A DNA stretch of 64,000 nt from an uncultured Candidatus Poseidoniales archaeon (GTDB lineage Archaea; Thermoplasmatota; Poseidoniia; Poseidoniales; Poseidoniaceae): positions 434-64,433 of the forward strand of contig CABYOM010000002.1 in assembly GCA_902520595.1 (NCBI GenBank), written 5' to 3'. Under the pieces are notes generated by a model. The model was not told the origin of the DNA and did no database searches. It worked only from the letters and a program-made list of their open reading frames with translations. Below, piece by piece: positions 47,223 to 57,448 of this stretch (within the stretch, counting starts at the first letter, position 1; each line of letters opens with the position of its first letter). Both the position numbers and the translations under genes were made by a program.

Positions 47223-50200
47223 ATGTATCTTCAAGCACTCGAAATATCAAACTTCAAATCGTTCAAAGGCGAAATCACCGTTCCGCTCGACCGAGGATTC
47301 ACTGCCATTACTGGGCCGAATGGTTCAGGAAAATCAAATTGTGGCGACGCGATTCAATTTGTTCTTGGCCCTCGAAGTAACAAAGTAATACGTGCTCAAA
47401 ATGCGAAAGACCTTATTTTCAACGGAGGCAAGAATTCCAAACCTGCACGTTCATGCGAAGTAACCCTTGTCTTTGCGAATCCATTACTCGCCAGCGGCCG
47501 TCGGCGCCTACCCTTAGATCAAGACGAAGTCCGTATGACCCGTGCAGTTCGACTATCGAAATCCAACAATACCATCACGACCTATTTGCTTGATGGCGAA
47601 GAAAGTACTCAAAAGACATTCCATCGACTTCTTGGCGCAGCGAACGCTCGACCAGATGGCTACAATATCGTCCTTCAAGGTGACGTTACGAAGTTGGCTA
47701 AAATGACCGCTAAAGAACGCAGAAAGGTTCTCGACGGTGTTGCTGGCGTCACATCTTATGACGATGAAATTCGAAAGGCAGACCGTCAAAAAGAGATGGT
47801 TGAAGGATACATTGAACGCATAGGGTTGCTTGAAGATGAACAAAAAGCACGTCTAAAAGACCTTACCAAAGAGAAGAACTTGGCACTCAAGGTTCAGGAT
47901 TTAGTCGCTGAACTTCAACTGGCACGAATTGTGTCTGCTCAATCGAAATTAGCAAGTCAACAATCCGAACGAGCCTACATGGTTGAAGAGCGCGTTCGAA
48001 TAGACGGCGAGGCATCCCAACTGGAAGGAGAAGTCAAAGAAGGCGCAAAAGTACTTTTAGAACTTGAAGATAAAATTGGCATCCTGCAAAAGCAAATCGA
48101 AGACCTCATGGGTGGTGATTCGAATGGATTACTAGCCGCCATTAATCAACTCCAAATTTCGATTGCCACAAGTAATGACCGCATTAGTGAAGCGGAGGAT
48201 AAAGACCTTGAGGATAAAGAAGAATTAGTTGATCTTGCTGAATCACTGCTGCAAGCACAGAATTCACTTGGAGAATTTAAACAGGAATTGAGCAGCGCTG
48301 GAACCGATTTGAAAAATGCAGTGGCTGCACTCAAAGAAGCCAAGACAGAAGAGTCTGAAGTTCAATCCCTTCTCGAGTCTTCTGGCACGGCAAATGCAGA
48401 ACTTTCACGAGCTCTTTCCATAGCGATTGCTAATGTAGAAACTGCAACAGAGACGTTGCAATTAGCACAGAATGAAGTCAACCGAGTTGCTACGCAAGCA
48501 GAAATGCTGGATGAGCAATTAACTACGGCACAAGAAGCCGCTGAAAGTGCCCGACTTGCACTGGGAGAATCACAGTTGATCGGTGAGGAACTTGGCGCGG
48601 ATTCCCCAGACCAAGATCGTCGTAAACTCGGCGACCAATTACTCACTGCACAGCGTTCTGAAGCCAAACTGGCCGAAGAGTCACAAGCCGTTGAAACTCG
48701 CTTGCGAGAGACAGAGCGAAAACTGAATACTGCGAAGAATGAACTCGAGAACCGAAGCGGTGCTAAAGGCATGGCTGGCGGTGCTGCTGCTATTATTGCC
48801 GCACGAGATCGTGGGGAATTATCTGGTGTAATCGGAACTGTTGCTGAACTTTGTCAACCACGAGACCCCGCTCACACCGACGCACTTGCAACCGCCATTG
48901 GTGGAGGTATGACTTCCGTTGTTGTCGACAACGACGAAGTCGCAGCAAAAGCCATTCAATGGCTGGCTCAAAACAAAGCAGGAAGGGCTACTTTCCTTCC
49001 TCTCAATAAACTCACTCAATCCCGTGCTGCCGGAAAGGCAATGATGGTTGCCAAAAAACCAGGTGTTATCGGTTTTGCCAATGAATTACTGGATTACGAC
49101 CCACGTATCGATGTCGCAGTTCGTTTCGTTCTACGAAACACGCTCATTGTCGATAACATGTCCACTGCACGAATGAACATGGGTGGCGTTCGATTAGTCA
49201 CTCTTCGAGGCGATGTTACGGAAGCAGGGGGTGCAATGGTCGGTGGTTCAAAGCGAAGATTGACCGTTACGTTTGGAGGAAATATTCAGGGAGCAAGTGA
49301 AGTTGAAGCCCTTGCCGCTGATGTCGAACGGTTCCGTTTGATGGCAGACACGGTCAACGGTGCGCTCGCTGATGCTCGCAGCCTTCAAACACAATTGAGG
49401 GTCAAAATCAACGCTCTTTCCGAAGGCGACCATGCCGTACGATTCCAAGAGTGGCGTGCTGAACATAAGCAAGCGCAAACAAATCACAACAATGCTCTTG
49501 GAGAAGTTGCTACCATTGAGAAGCGTTTGGTTGAACTCAAACTTGAAGGGACCAATAAAATCCGTGAACATGACCAAGCTCATCAGGGACTGTCAACTGC
49601 GAATGAACAACGCTCTGTTGCTCAAACGGCCTTAGAAGATGCAAGTCCTGAACACCTCAAAGATCGATTACATGCTGCTGAAGTAAAGCGAGTTGAAGCT
49701 GAAGGCCTCAAAGCACAAGCAGAGATTTCTCTGAATGGTGATTCAAGCCATCAAGAACTTTTGAGCAGTCGAGTTGATGAAATTACACAACGAATTACTT
49801 TGCTCGAAGGGAACGCAATTGCCCGAAGTGAAAAAATTGATTCGTTGCAAGCAAGCATAGCAACTGATTCTATAGAGCTCAAGAAAAAAGAAGACGAACG
49901 CTTCCAATTCCTAGAAGAGAACCAAGGCCTTGAGGAAGAGCGTGTTGAATTAATCGAAGAGCGAAGCGGTTTACACGTCACACTTCAGCAAAAAGCAACC
50001 GATGCACGTTCACGACGTGTCATGGTTGAAGAAATGGGCCGTGCTCTGATATTGAAAGATGCATCCATTCAAGAAACGCTGCAGGAAATGGCAGAAAACA
50101 ACATTGAGGCGGCTGGTGAAGATGTCGTATTACCGAGTGTAGGCGACGCTGAACGTACTGAGCGTACATTGCAACGTAGACTTGATTCACACGGCCCAGT

Positions 50201-51137
50201 CAATATGCTGGCTATTGAACAATATGATGCATGCGAAGCCCGTCTCTCTGAAATGAAAGGCGATTTCAAAACGCTTCAAGACCGACGCAAGCATCTTATC
50301 GATGTCACCGAGAAACTTGAAAGTCAACGAAAGTCACGTCTTCTCAATGTTCTTGAAAAGGTCAATGAGAATTTCAAAGTTGCCTACAAGTCTCTCAGTG
50401 ACGGTGGAAGAGGTGAATTGTTCCTTGAAAATAAGGATGAACCGTTCAAAGGCGGACTGGAGTTATGGGCGCAACCTCGAGGCAAGTCAGCGAAAGTTAC
50501 TCGCCATCAACTTTCAGGGGGCGAGCAATCCATGGCTGCTCTTGCGCTTATTTTCGCAATTCAAGATTATGACCCGAGTCCATTCTACTACTTTGACGAA
50601 GTTGATCAGAATTTGGACGGTTACAATGCCGAGCGAATCGCACTGATGTGCAGAGAGCGCAGCAAGAGAGCACAATTCATCATGGTGACACTGCGAAAGG
50701 TTTCCTTGCGTCTGGCTGACCATCACATTGGAATTACTCACGGTGGCGATGGATGCAGCCGAAGAATCGTTGACTTCGACCGTGATCAAGCGATTGCTCT
50801 TGGTGAACAAGCCCTTGCGGAGGCTGAGAAGGCAGAGAAGATGGTTCGTTCACGAATTGAAGAAGCCTCAGCAGCAGCGTACGATATGCCCGAGGTCCCA
50901 GAACCATTACCAACGCCGAATAGCCTTGGTGGATTGCTTAACCACATGCTGGCTGCCGAAGCCGAACAAGCTCCAGAACCAGAGGCAAGTATTGGGTTAA
51001 CTGCGCTTTCAGAGCGAACAGCCGACATGACAGAAGATATCGAAGAATACGCTGAAGTAGCCCAAGCTATTCAAGCGGTAGAAGCCGAAGAACAAACGGT
51101 TGAAGAGACTACAGAAGCCGAGGAAGAAACAGTTTGA
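47223..51137 (+). CDS. smc: Chromosome segregation protein SMC
   Basis: GPNGSGKSN, IVLQGD, hinge GRATFLPL...GAMVGGS, LSGGEQS, FDEVDQNLD. Confidence 0.97.
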   Translation: MYLQALEISNFKSFKGEITVPLDRGFTAITGPNGSGKSNCGDAIQFVLGPRSNKVIRAQNAKDLIFNGGKNSKPARSCEVTLVFANPLLASGRRRLPLDQDEVRMTRAVRLSKSNNTITTYLLDGEESTQKTFHRLLGAANARPDGYNIVLQGDVTKLAKMTAKERRKVLDGVAGVTSYDDEIRKADRQKEMVEGYIERIGLLEDEQKARLKDLTKEKNLALKVQDLVAELQLARIVSAQSKLASQQSERAYMVEERVRIDGEASQLEGEVKEGAKVLLELEDKIGILQKQIEDLMGGDSNGLLAAINQLQISIATSNDRISEAEDKDLEDKEELVDLAESLLQAQNSLGEFKQELSSAGTDLKNAVAALKEAKTEESEVQSLLESSGTANAELSRALSIAIANVETATETLQLAQNEVNRVATQAEMLDEQLTTAQEAAESARLALGESQLIGEELGADSPDQDRRKLGDQLLTAQRSEAKLAEESQAVETRLRETERKLNTAKNELENRSGAKGMAGGAAAIIAARDRGELSGVIGTVAELCQPRDPAHTDALATAIGGGMTSVVVDNDEVAAKAIQWLAQNKAGRATFLPLNKLTQSRAAGKAMMVAKKPGVIGFANELLDYDPRIDVAVRFVLRNTLIVDNMSTARMNMGGVRLVTLRGDVTEAGGAMVGGSKRRLTVTFGGNIQGASEVEALAADVERFRLMADTVNGALADARSLQTQLRVKINALSEGDHAVRFQEWRAEHKQAQTNHNNALGEVATIEKRLVELKLEGTNKIREHDQAHQGLSTANEQRSVAQTALEDASPEHLKDRLHAAEVKRVEAEGLKAQAEISLNGDSSHQELLSSRVDEITQRITLLEGNAIARSEKIDSLQASIATDSIELKKKEDERFQFLEENQGLEEERVELIEERSGLHVTLQQKATDARSRRVMVEEMGRALILKDASIQETLQEMAENNIEAAGEDVVLPSVGDAERTERTLQRRLDSHGPVNMLAIEQYDACEARLSEMKGDFKTLQDRRKHLIDVTEKLESQRKSRLLNVLEKVNENFKVAYKSLSDGGRGELFLENKDEPFKGGLELWAQPRGKSAKVTRHQLSGGEQSMAALALIFAIQDYDPSPFYYFDEVDQNLDGYNAERIALMCRERSKRAQFIMVTLRKVSLRLADHHIGITHGGDGCSRRIVDFDRDQAIALGEQALAEAEKAEKMVRSRIEEASAAAYDMPEVPEPLPTPNSLGGLLNHMLAAEAEQAPEPEASIGLTALSERTADMTEDIEEYAEVAQAIQAVEAEEQTVEETTEAEEETV

Positions 51138-51147
51138 GGTGATTTTC

Positions 51148-52359
51148 ATGACTGAGCAACAATCGGGTCTCGACAAATGGTTCCTTCGCCAGGACGTCAT
51201 AGACCAACTGTTGGCATCCGGTGAAGAATCACAGGAAGCGGCTTTGTTTGGTGACAAGATTATGGCTATTGCAGAAACGGAAGAAGCGGAACATCAAACC
51301 CTCATTGACCCCTTTGACCGTTCTGTAGCACTCGTACTCTCTTTGGTGAGAGAAGAAGGTCTTGATGCATGGAATATCGATCTCTCGAGCTTCTTGAAAG
51401 TATTCACTGCGAGGGTGAAATCAGAAGCAGCTAATCTTGATTTGCCTGCATGCGGGCGGTTGATTCGACTTTCATGGGAAGTGCTTCACCAACAGGCTGA
51501 GGACCTTTTTGACCGAGTTCAATACGTTGATGAAGATGATTGGGACGATGGTCTTGGTTTTGGTTGGGAAGCGGATTACAACGATGAAGACTTCTTCTTT
51601 ACCAATTCGATTCTCCAAGGGAGCGCTGACGAGATACTTCCTGACCTTTTAGAAAATCGAGTTCGCAGAGATGAAGGCCGTCCAGTGACTTTGGTTGAAC
51701 TGCTTTCAGCATTCAAAGATGCTTCCGACGACGCTGAAACGCTTCGTTTGCGTGAGGAAAACAGGTTGGCTCATGAAGAAGAGTTGAAAGAATATCTTGC
51801 AGATGTTGGAGGTAGAATGCACAATGAAGATCTTGAAGGCGACATCAAGCGTTGCTGGCAAGCACTTCGCACTTCGTGCCTTGAAGAAGGGCAGACTAAA
51901 GTTCCCGTTTTGAAAGTGATGAATGAGCTTAAACCAATACTTGAGCAAGCATTCGGTTCAATTCCAGAAGGATATGACGATGAAGCGAAGGTCGCATCTT
52001 TCATCGCCGGGCTTTTCCTAACACATCGAGGCTTTGCCTCAATAACCCAAGACAGTGTTCCGGATGGTGAGATTTTCCTTGAAGATTCATGGCCTCAAAT
52101 AGAGACTTTTGAAGAGATTAAAGAGTTGATAGAGAGCCAACAAGCGGCAGAAAATGAGCGAATTCAAGAACAGGATTCCGGTTCAGTTCGTCACGCCAAA
52201 CTTCGTGCTGAAAAGGCCCGCCTTGCAGAAGAGTCGGCTTTGCGCAAAGAGGAACGTGCTCTTGCCAAAAGGGCAAAAGAACAGCCAGTTGTAGAAGTTT
52301 CAGAACCCAAGGACATTGAAGAACAGTCGTATGACAACCATGAATGGTTGGTTGAATGA
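51148..52359 (+). CDS. scpA: Kleisin ScpA-like protein
   Basis: LDAWNIDL, RPVTLVELL, C-terminal FIAGLFL; lies between smc and scpB. Confidence 0.8.
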   Translation: MTEQQSGLDKWFLRQDVIDQLLASGEESQEAALFGDKIMAIAETEEAEHQTLIDPFDRSVALVLSLVREEGLDAWNIDLSSFLKVFTARVKSEAANLDLPACGRLIRLSWEVLHQQAEDLFDRVQYVDEDDWDDGLGFGWEADYNDEDFFFTNSILQGSADEILPDLLENRVRRDEGRPVTLVELLSAFKDASDDAETLRLREENRLAHEEELKEYLADVGGRMHNEDLEGDIKRCWQALRTSCLEEGQTKVPVLKVMNELKPILEQAFGSIPEGYDDEAKVASFIAGLFLTHRGFASITQDSVPDGEIFLEDSWPQIETFEEIKELIESQQAAENERIQEQDSGSVRHAKLRAEKARLAEESALRKEERALAKRAKEQPVVEVSEPKDIEEQSYDNHEWLVE

Positions 52360-52979
52360 GAGGGAAAGAAATGTCAGAAGTTCCTGTAGATACGCTGTTA
52401 GAAGCCACTTTGTTTGGTGCTGGTCGCTCGATGAGTGTCGCCGAACTTTCGACTGCTCTAGGATACGATGAAGATGAGATGCTCGATTCCTTGTATTCAC
52501 TCCGTTCAACGCTCAAACGTCGCCGTGGTGGAGCTTTACAAGTTGCCGAGGTCGGTGATAGGTGGGCCATTGAAGTCAAACCCGATGTTGCGAGCCATTT
52601 ACCTAAGGGAACCAAAACAGAAATTCCGCAGAAACTGCTCAAAGCAGCAGCGCTCATCGCTTATCACCAACCCATGCCTCAATCTCGATTGGTCGAATTG
52701 TTGGGGCAGAAAGCCTACGATTATGTTCGAGAACTGGCTCAATTGGGGATGGTGGACCGCCGAAAAGATGGAAATACCCGACGTCTTTCGACAACTCGAA
52801 GGTTTTCTGAAATATTTGGATGTCCTTACACCGACCGCAAGAAAGTCAAGAAATGGTTCCGCGAACAGGTCAAAACCACTGGCCTATTCGACGGTATGGA
52901 AGATGCAGCAGTCCTTCAAGAAGAATCTGAAATCGACGGTTTGATCCAATCGACGTTACCGATTGGTGAAGAAGAGTGA
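52356..52979 (+). CDS. scpB: SMC-Scp complex subunit ScpB
   Basis: LEATLFGAG, AALIAYHQP, TTRRFSEIFG. Confidence 0.92.
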   Translation: MRGKEMSEVPVDTLLEATLFGAGRSMSVAELSTALGYDEDEMLDSLYSLRSTLKRRRGGALQVAEVGDRWAIEVKPDVASHLPKGTKTEIPQKLLKAAALIAYHQPMPQSRLVELLGQKAYDYVRELAQLGMVDRRKDGNTRRLSTTRRFSEIFGCPYTDRKKVKKWFREQVKTTGLFDGMEDAAVLQEESEIDGLIQSTLPIGEEE

Positions 52980-52982
52980 TTC

Positions 52983-54281
52983 TTACTCTTTTCGCAATTG
53001 TTCCAACAGTTCACCAACAAGAGTTTGTGTTTTAGGACCAGATGCTTGCTGTAAGCGTGCGGCTACAATTTCAATTTCTTCACCGACTGCGCCAGCAGAA
53101 ACCGCCATGTTACGTGAATGTAATTTCATGTGCCCTGCCTGAATACCTTTCGTTGAAAGGGCTCGAAGAGCTCCTAAGTTCTGAGATAATCCTGCTGCAG
53201 CGATGATTCCAGCCAATTCCTGGGCCGATTCAACCCCGAGTATGGCAAGATTCGCTTGAGCGACAGGATGGACCTTGGAGGCGCCTCCAACAGTGCCTAC
53301 AGCCATGGGCGTCTCGATAGAGCCAACGAGGTTTCCTTCAGCATCCTTTTCCCACATGGTCATTGAACCATACTGTTCGTTGCTGTGAGCAGCCCATGCA
53401 TGGCATCCTGCCTCGATAGCACGCCAATCTTGTCCACAAGCCACTGCAACGCTGCTAATCGCATTCATGACGCCTTTATTGTGCGTAGCCGCTCGAAATG
53501 GGTCTGCCATGGCAAAGTGTTGCGCTTCAAGGATGCCCTCAATGACAGTAAGGCCGTTTTCACGTGTTCCATCCTCTGAAATTTCTTCAGGGGTAAAGAC
53601 GGCACGAACACGAGCCAAACGGTATGCTGCGAGGTTGGAGAGAATTCGCAGATGAACTCTTCCACCGGTGATATCTTCCAGGCGTGGTGCAATCAATTCC
53701 GCCATCGTGTTAACGGCATTCGCCCCCATCGCATCTCGACAATCAACCACGATGTGGGCGATAAGCATCGGACCGCTAAGAGAATCAAGAAGACGGGTTT
53801 CGATACGCTTACATCCACCACCGAGTCGAATCATGGTTGAAGGAAGGCTGTTACACAAATCCATCAATTCTTTCGCACTCGAAAGCACAGCCTGCTCGGC
53901 CTTTTTCCAGTCACTGCACTCCAATATCTGCAATTGTGCAATCATCATTGGGGCGTCTGAATTCGTATGAAATCCACCGTTTTTCAAGCAACGTTTGGCC
54001 ATATTTGAGGCTGCAGCGACCACACTTGACTCTTCCAAGCAGAAAGGAATGAGGTAGTGCTTTCCATCGATGACGAAGTTGGTTGCAACGCCGACAGGAA
54101 GTGACATTGTTCCAATTACATTCTCTATCATGCGATCTGCGGCCTCTTCACTTAACGCGCCACAGGCTTCCAGTGCAGCGATTTGCTGATCAGTAAGATC
54201 GGCCATATCCGCAACGATTTGTCGGCGTTCAGCAACGCTGTGTCGGAAAAATCCACTCAAGCGACTGTTTTCGACCGGCAT
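52983..54281 (-). CDS. mvaA: Class II HMG-CoA reductase
   Basis: ENVIG, EESSVVAAAS, DAMGANAVN, LRILSN, RAATHNKG, GIQAGHMKLH. Confidence 0.95.
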   Translation of the reverse strand: MPVENSRLSGFFRHSVAERRQIVADMADLTDQQIAALEACGALSEEAADRMIENVIGTMSLPVGVATNFVIDGKHYLIPFCLEESSVVAAASNMAKRCLKNGGFHTNSDAPMMIAQLQILECSDWKKAEQAVLSSAKELMDLCNSLPSTMIRLGGGCKRIETRLLDSLSGPMLIAHIVVDCRDAMGANAVNTMAELIAPRLEDITGGRVHLRILSNLAAYRLARVRAVFTPEEISEDGTRENGLTVIEGILEAQHFAMADPFRAATHNKGVMNAISSVAVACGQDWRAIEAGCHAWAAHSNEQYGSMTMWEKDAEGNLVGSIETPMAVGTVGGASKVHPVAQANLAILGVESAQELAGIIAAAGLSQNLGALRALSTKGIQAGHMKLHSRNMAVSAGAVGEEIEIVAARLQQASGPKTQTLVGELLEQLRKE

Positions 54282-54390
54282 ACGTCCACGTCCAGTTGTC
54301 CCACGTGGCTGTAGACCATCAAGCAATCGGCATTAAGGCCATTGAAAACGTCGCTTTCCATTTTTCTGAGTGAAGTGCGAATGTTGAGGT

Positions 54391-54506
54391 TAATAACGCG
54401 TTTAACGCTTTTATTAACGCGTTAAGAATGCGGTAATTGAATGTTAACGACTGTTTCCCAACAGAGGTGGCAATGAGATTAACATGTCCTAACGCATCTC
54501 TAAGGC
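54391..54506. repeat. Cluster of TAACG(C) motifs including the palindrome TTAACGCGTTAA
   Basis: TAACGC at 54394, 54403, 54415 and 54490; TAACG at 54445; palindrome at 54414-54425; intergenic between divergent genes. Confidence 0.7.
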
Positions 54507-54524
54507 CTGCTTTCATGCTCAAAG

Positions 54525-56399
54525 ATGAAATACCCAAAGGCGATTGCTCGAATCATGCGAGTTGTTGGAAAAGATATGACCCTACCTCCTCTTGATGCGA
54601 ATCCATTCTCAGCTTTAGCCCTCGAAGCGAGTGATTCTAACCTCTTAGTCGGGCGTCAGCACACGCTTCGAGTGCTTTCCCAATACATACAGTTCCGATC
54701 ACCTCGCAGGATTTTATTGGTTGGCGAACATGGTTCAGGAAGGACCTCACTGCTTCGCTGTGTCTCGAAGATGTCACCAATCGCAGTCCATATTGACCAT
54801 ATTCCACCTAGAGATGCAGGGCTTAGTTTGTTGAAAGATATCTATTCTCGATTTGTGAATTCTATTGTCCCTGAAAATCGGAATGAATTAACAAAGAAGA
54901 TACTGGATGCATCACAGAGTTATACCAATGCTTTGCCTCTCATCGTCATCGATGCATCAACGGTTGAAATTTCTGCGCTCAATGTGGCTCTGCGAGACAC
55001 TTTACCTACTCTTGAGCGAATTCAAGCAGTGATTGTTATCGTTCTTGAGACCAAGGATAAAACCATGCTCCACGAATCAATTTTACAGAAATTAGACCAG
55101 ATGAAACCCCTGGCGAACCTCAATTTAGAGGAGGTTCAACTTTTGGTAGAGCGACGTATTGAACAGTCAACGGGTCAACAGTTTCAGTTCAATCAAGAAG
55201 ATGCTCAACACCTTCTGGAACAGACTTTAGGTCTGCCTTCCGATGTAATCCGGGTCATGCGTGACGCAATTGACCATGCGAAAATGTCTCAATATACCTA
55301 TGTTGAACCGCAATACACGTCCACCAAACCCGTATCAGAGCCACTTTTCGATGCTTCATTGTTTGAATCACCTCCGCATTCATCGTTTGAATCAGTGCTT
55401 TCAGAGCCTGCCAAGGCACTGGATACGGTTGAGGAAGAACCAGAAGTTGATGAAGCAGCACTGCAGATGGAGCAGGATACCAAAATTATGGAAAGTCTTG
55501 AAGATATGAATTTTGATCTTAACCTTGACCAGTTGAATGAAGACCAAGATAATCAAGAAGAACTGAAAATATTAGAGTCTGTTGAAGACCTTCAGGAAGG
55601 TTACGGTGCGGCACCTGCGATTGCCAAACCCGATGTCCATGAACGCCCACCCCTCGACGAACTTACGCCCGCAGGGATGACTGGCCTTTTCTCACGTAGT
55701 CGCTCTTTCCTTGACTTGGAACAGGATGATGCACCACAAGCGAACCTGGTCGAACAGGCAGGCGGTGTTGAACTCTGGGAAGATCCTTCTTTACAGCCGG
55801 CTGAAGAAGTCGTTGAAGAGATCAGTGAAGAGGAATCTGCCTACATGCTTCACAATGAAGTGGGGTTCATCGAGGAAGAACCTGTGGAAGTTGAATTCGA
55901 GGAGCTGCAGACTGATATGGAGGCAGTTGAAGACGATTTCGAACTTGATTTCGACACTCCCTCCATCGGTAATGGACTGTTGAGTGAATTAGCAGGTATG
56001 GTACCGGTAATGAAAGCGCTGCAATTAGCTATCATGACTCCAGATGAGAACGGAACTGCGATTCAGAGAAGAAAATTGGTTGAAGCACTTGAAGCATTTC
56101 AACGAAAACCAAGCGGTAAAAAGCAAGATTATGCGCTCAATGCAGCGGTTCTGTCTGCCTTAACCGGTCATGAAATCGCCATAATATCAATTGCTCATTA
56201 CCGAAGATATTCACCATCAGATGAAGAATTGCTCCAACAATTGAACATCAAGCGAGCAAGGCTTTCTCAAATCAGCAACCGATTACTGAAAGCAGGTGTT
56301 TTGAGTGTTCGAACACTCGGACGTAACAGATACTACGAATTAACCCAAGCAGCTCGAGCCCAATTGATTGCTTGGAATGTGATAGGAGGTGAAAACTGA
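54525..56399 (+). CDS. Divergent AAA+/P-loop domain, long acidic linker and C-terminal winged helix
   Basis: NPF...LVGRQ, GEHGSGRTS, LIVIDAS, helical lid GLPSDVIR; C-terminal LNIKRARLSQISNRLLKAGVLSVRTLGRNRYYELT. Confidence 0.75.
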   Translation: MKYPKAIARIMRVVGKDMTLPPLDANPFSALALEASDSNLLVGRQHTLRVLSQYIQFRSPRRILLVGEHGSGRTSLLRCVSKMSPIAVHIDHIPPRDAGLSLLKDIYSRFVNSIVPENRNELTKKILDASQSYTNALPLIVIDASTVEISALNVALRDTLPTLERIQAVIVIVLETKDKTMLHESILQKLDQMKPLANLNLEEVQLLVERRIEQSTGQQFQFNQEDAQHLLEQTLGLPSDVIRVMRDAIDHAKMSQYTYVEPQYTSTKPVSEPLFDASLFESPPHSSFESVLSEPAKALDTVEEEPEVDEAALQMEQDTKIMESLEDMNFDLNLDQLNEDQDNQEELKILESVEDLQEGYGAAPAIAKPDVHERPPLDELTPAGMTGLFSRSRSFLDLEQDDAPQANLVEQAGGVELWEDPSLQPAEEVVEEISEEESAYMLHNEVGFIEEEPVEVEFEELQTDMEAVEDDFELDFDTPSIGNGLLSELAGMVPVMKALQLAIMTPDENGTAIQRRKLVEALEAFQRKPSGKKQDYALNAAVLSALTGHEIAIISIAHYRRYSPSDEELLQQLNIKRARLSQISNRLLKAGVLSVRTLGRNRYYELTQAARAQLIAWNVIGGEN

Positions 56400-57448
56400 T
56401 GTCATGGTCGATTACTTGGTCTTGGCAAGCACCTCGCCGTATTGCTGCCCTCGCACCAGTCGAGGGTGGAATGGTTGTGAGCAGTGGTCTGGATTTGTTG
56501 ATGATTGAAGCGGATGGAAGTATTCGCTGGAAGGTAGAATTACCGTTCAAAGCACACTGCGCTCAAGCCAATAACGGCGTATTAGGTATTCTCGCGGCTC
56601 ATGGATTCTACGTTCTTTCGACTTTAGACGGGACAATGTTACACGAAGGTCGTTCGACTACAGGCGGCTTTACTGAGATTCTAGCACGCCCTGGAGGCGG
56701 TTGGATACTCTCTGGGCGCCAAGGGCACCTTCACTTGTTTACACACGAAGGAACAGGCCTTCGTAGGCTCGACAGCGGAAAAGTGCGACGTTTGCTGGGT
56801 TGGCTTGACCGTGAACACATGATGTGGCAGGATTCAGACGGCAAACTTTGGTGTGCTCGACTTGCACAAAGCGATCAAAAGCGAATCTTAGAAGACCGCG
56901 TTTGGAGTTGGGTTACACCTTTGATGAATGGACGGATTCTCATGCAGTCAAGTGATGGCGGGATTTGGGAGGGCGTTCCTCATCCATTTGGCTGGGATTC
57001 TTTGGAACGAATCGAATATGAATCACTCGAACCAATGGAAGGTGTTCGAAGCGCTGATGGCTGGTGGGTTTTGGGTATTGAAGGCCACTTGCACCACCTT
57101 TCGGCTCATGCAGAAAGCGAAACGCCAACTTTGTTAGGCGAATCGATGAATCTTGGTGACTTGCTGATTGGTTTGACGCCGGACACGATGGTTACGGCAA
57201 CTCGAGAAGGATTGATTCGCCGCTGGTCTGCTCCTCATCTGGCTCAGGCCGAACGTCAAGGACGCTATCAAGCGGCTGCAGAGGCAGCATTAGCGAAGAA
57301 TTGGGAAGAGCGAAAGGCCTTGTTTGTCCGTGCACAAACCGCTGAAGATGAAGGACGATTGTCTAGGGCGGTGGAACTGTATGGTGCACTTGGCCGCTCA
57401 GAAGATGTCCGTCGTTTGTTGAAGCGCCAAAAGGAGGGAGGAGAGTGA
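56399..57448 (+). CDS. Trp-rich beta-propeller-like protein with a C-terminal helical tail
   Basis: Repeated (S/D)xDGxx(W/L) blade-like units; translationally coupled to the upstream gene. Confidence 0.6.
   Translation: MSWSITWSWQAPRRIAALAPVEGGMVVSSGLDLLMIEADGSIRWKVELPFKAHCAQANNGVLGILAAHGFYVLSTLDGTMLHEGRSTTGGFTEILARPGGGWILSGRQGHLHLFTHEGTGLRRLDSGKVRRLLGWLDREHMMWQDSDGKLWCARLAQSDQKRILEDRVWSWVTPLMNGRILMQSSDGGIWEGVPHPFGWDSLERIEYESLEPMEGVRSADGWWVLGIEGHLHHLSAHAESETPTLLGESMNLGDLLIGLTPDTMVTATREGLIRRWSAPHLAQAERQGRYQAAAEAALAKNWEERKALFVRAQTAEDEGRLSRAVELYGALGRSEDVRRLLKRQKEGGE

Noticed and set aside
47223-52979. Wadjet/MksBEF defence system
   Set aside because: Canonical hinge-containing SMC with ScpA/ScpB and no JetD/Toprim nuclease gene.
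54319-54537. 72-aa minus-strand ORF across the TAACGC array
   Set aside because: No recognisable motif or RBS, and it overlaps neighbouring ORF starts; its LNAL repeats follow from the DNA motif. Not fully excluded.
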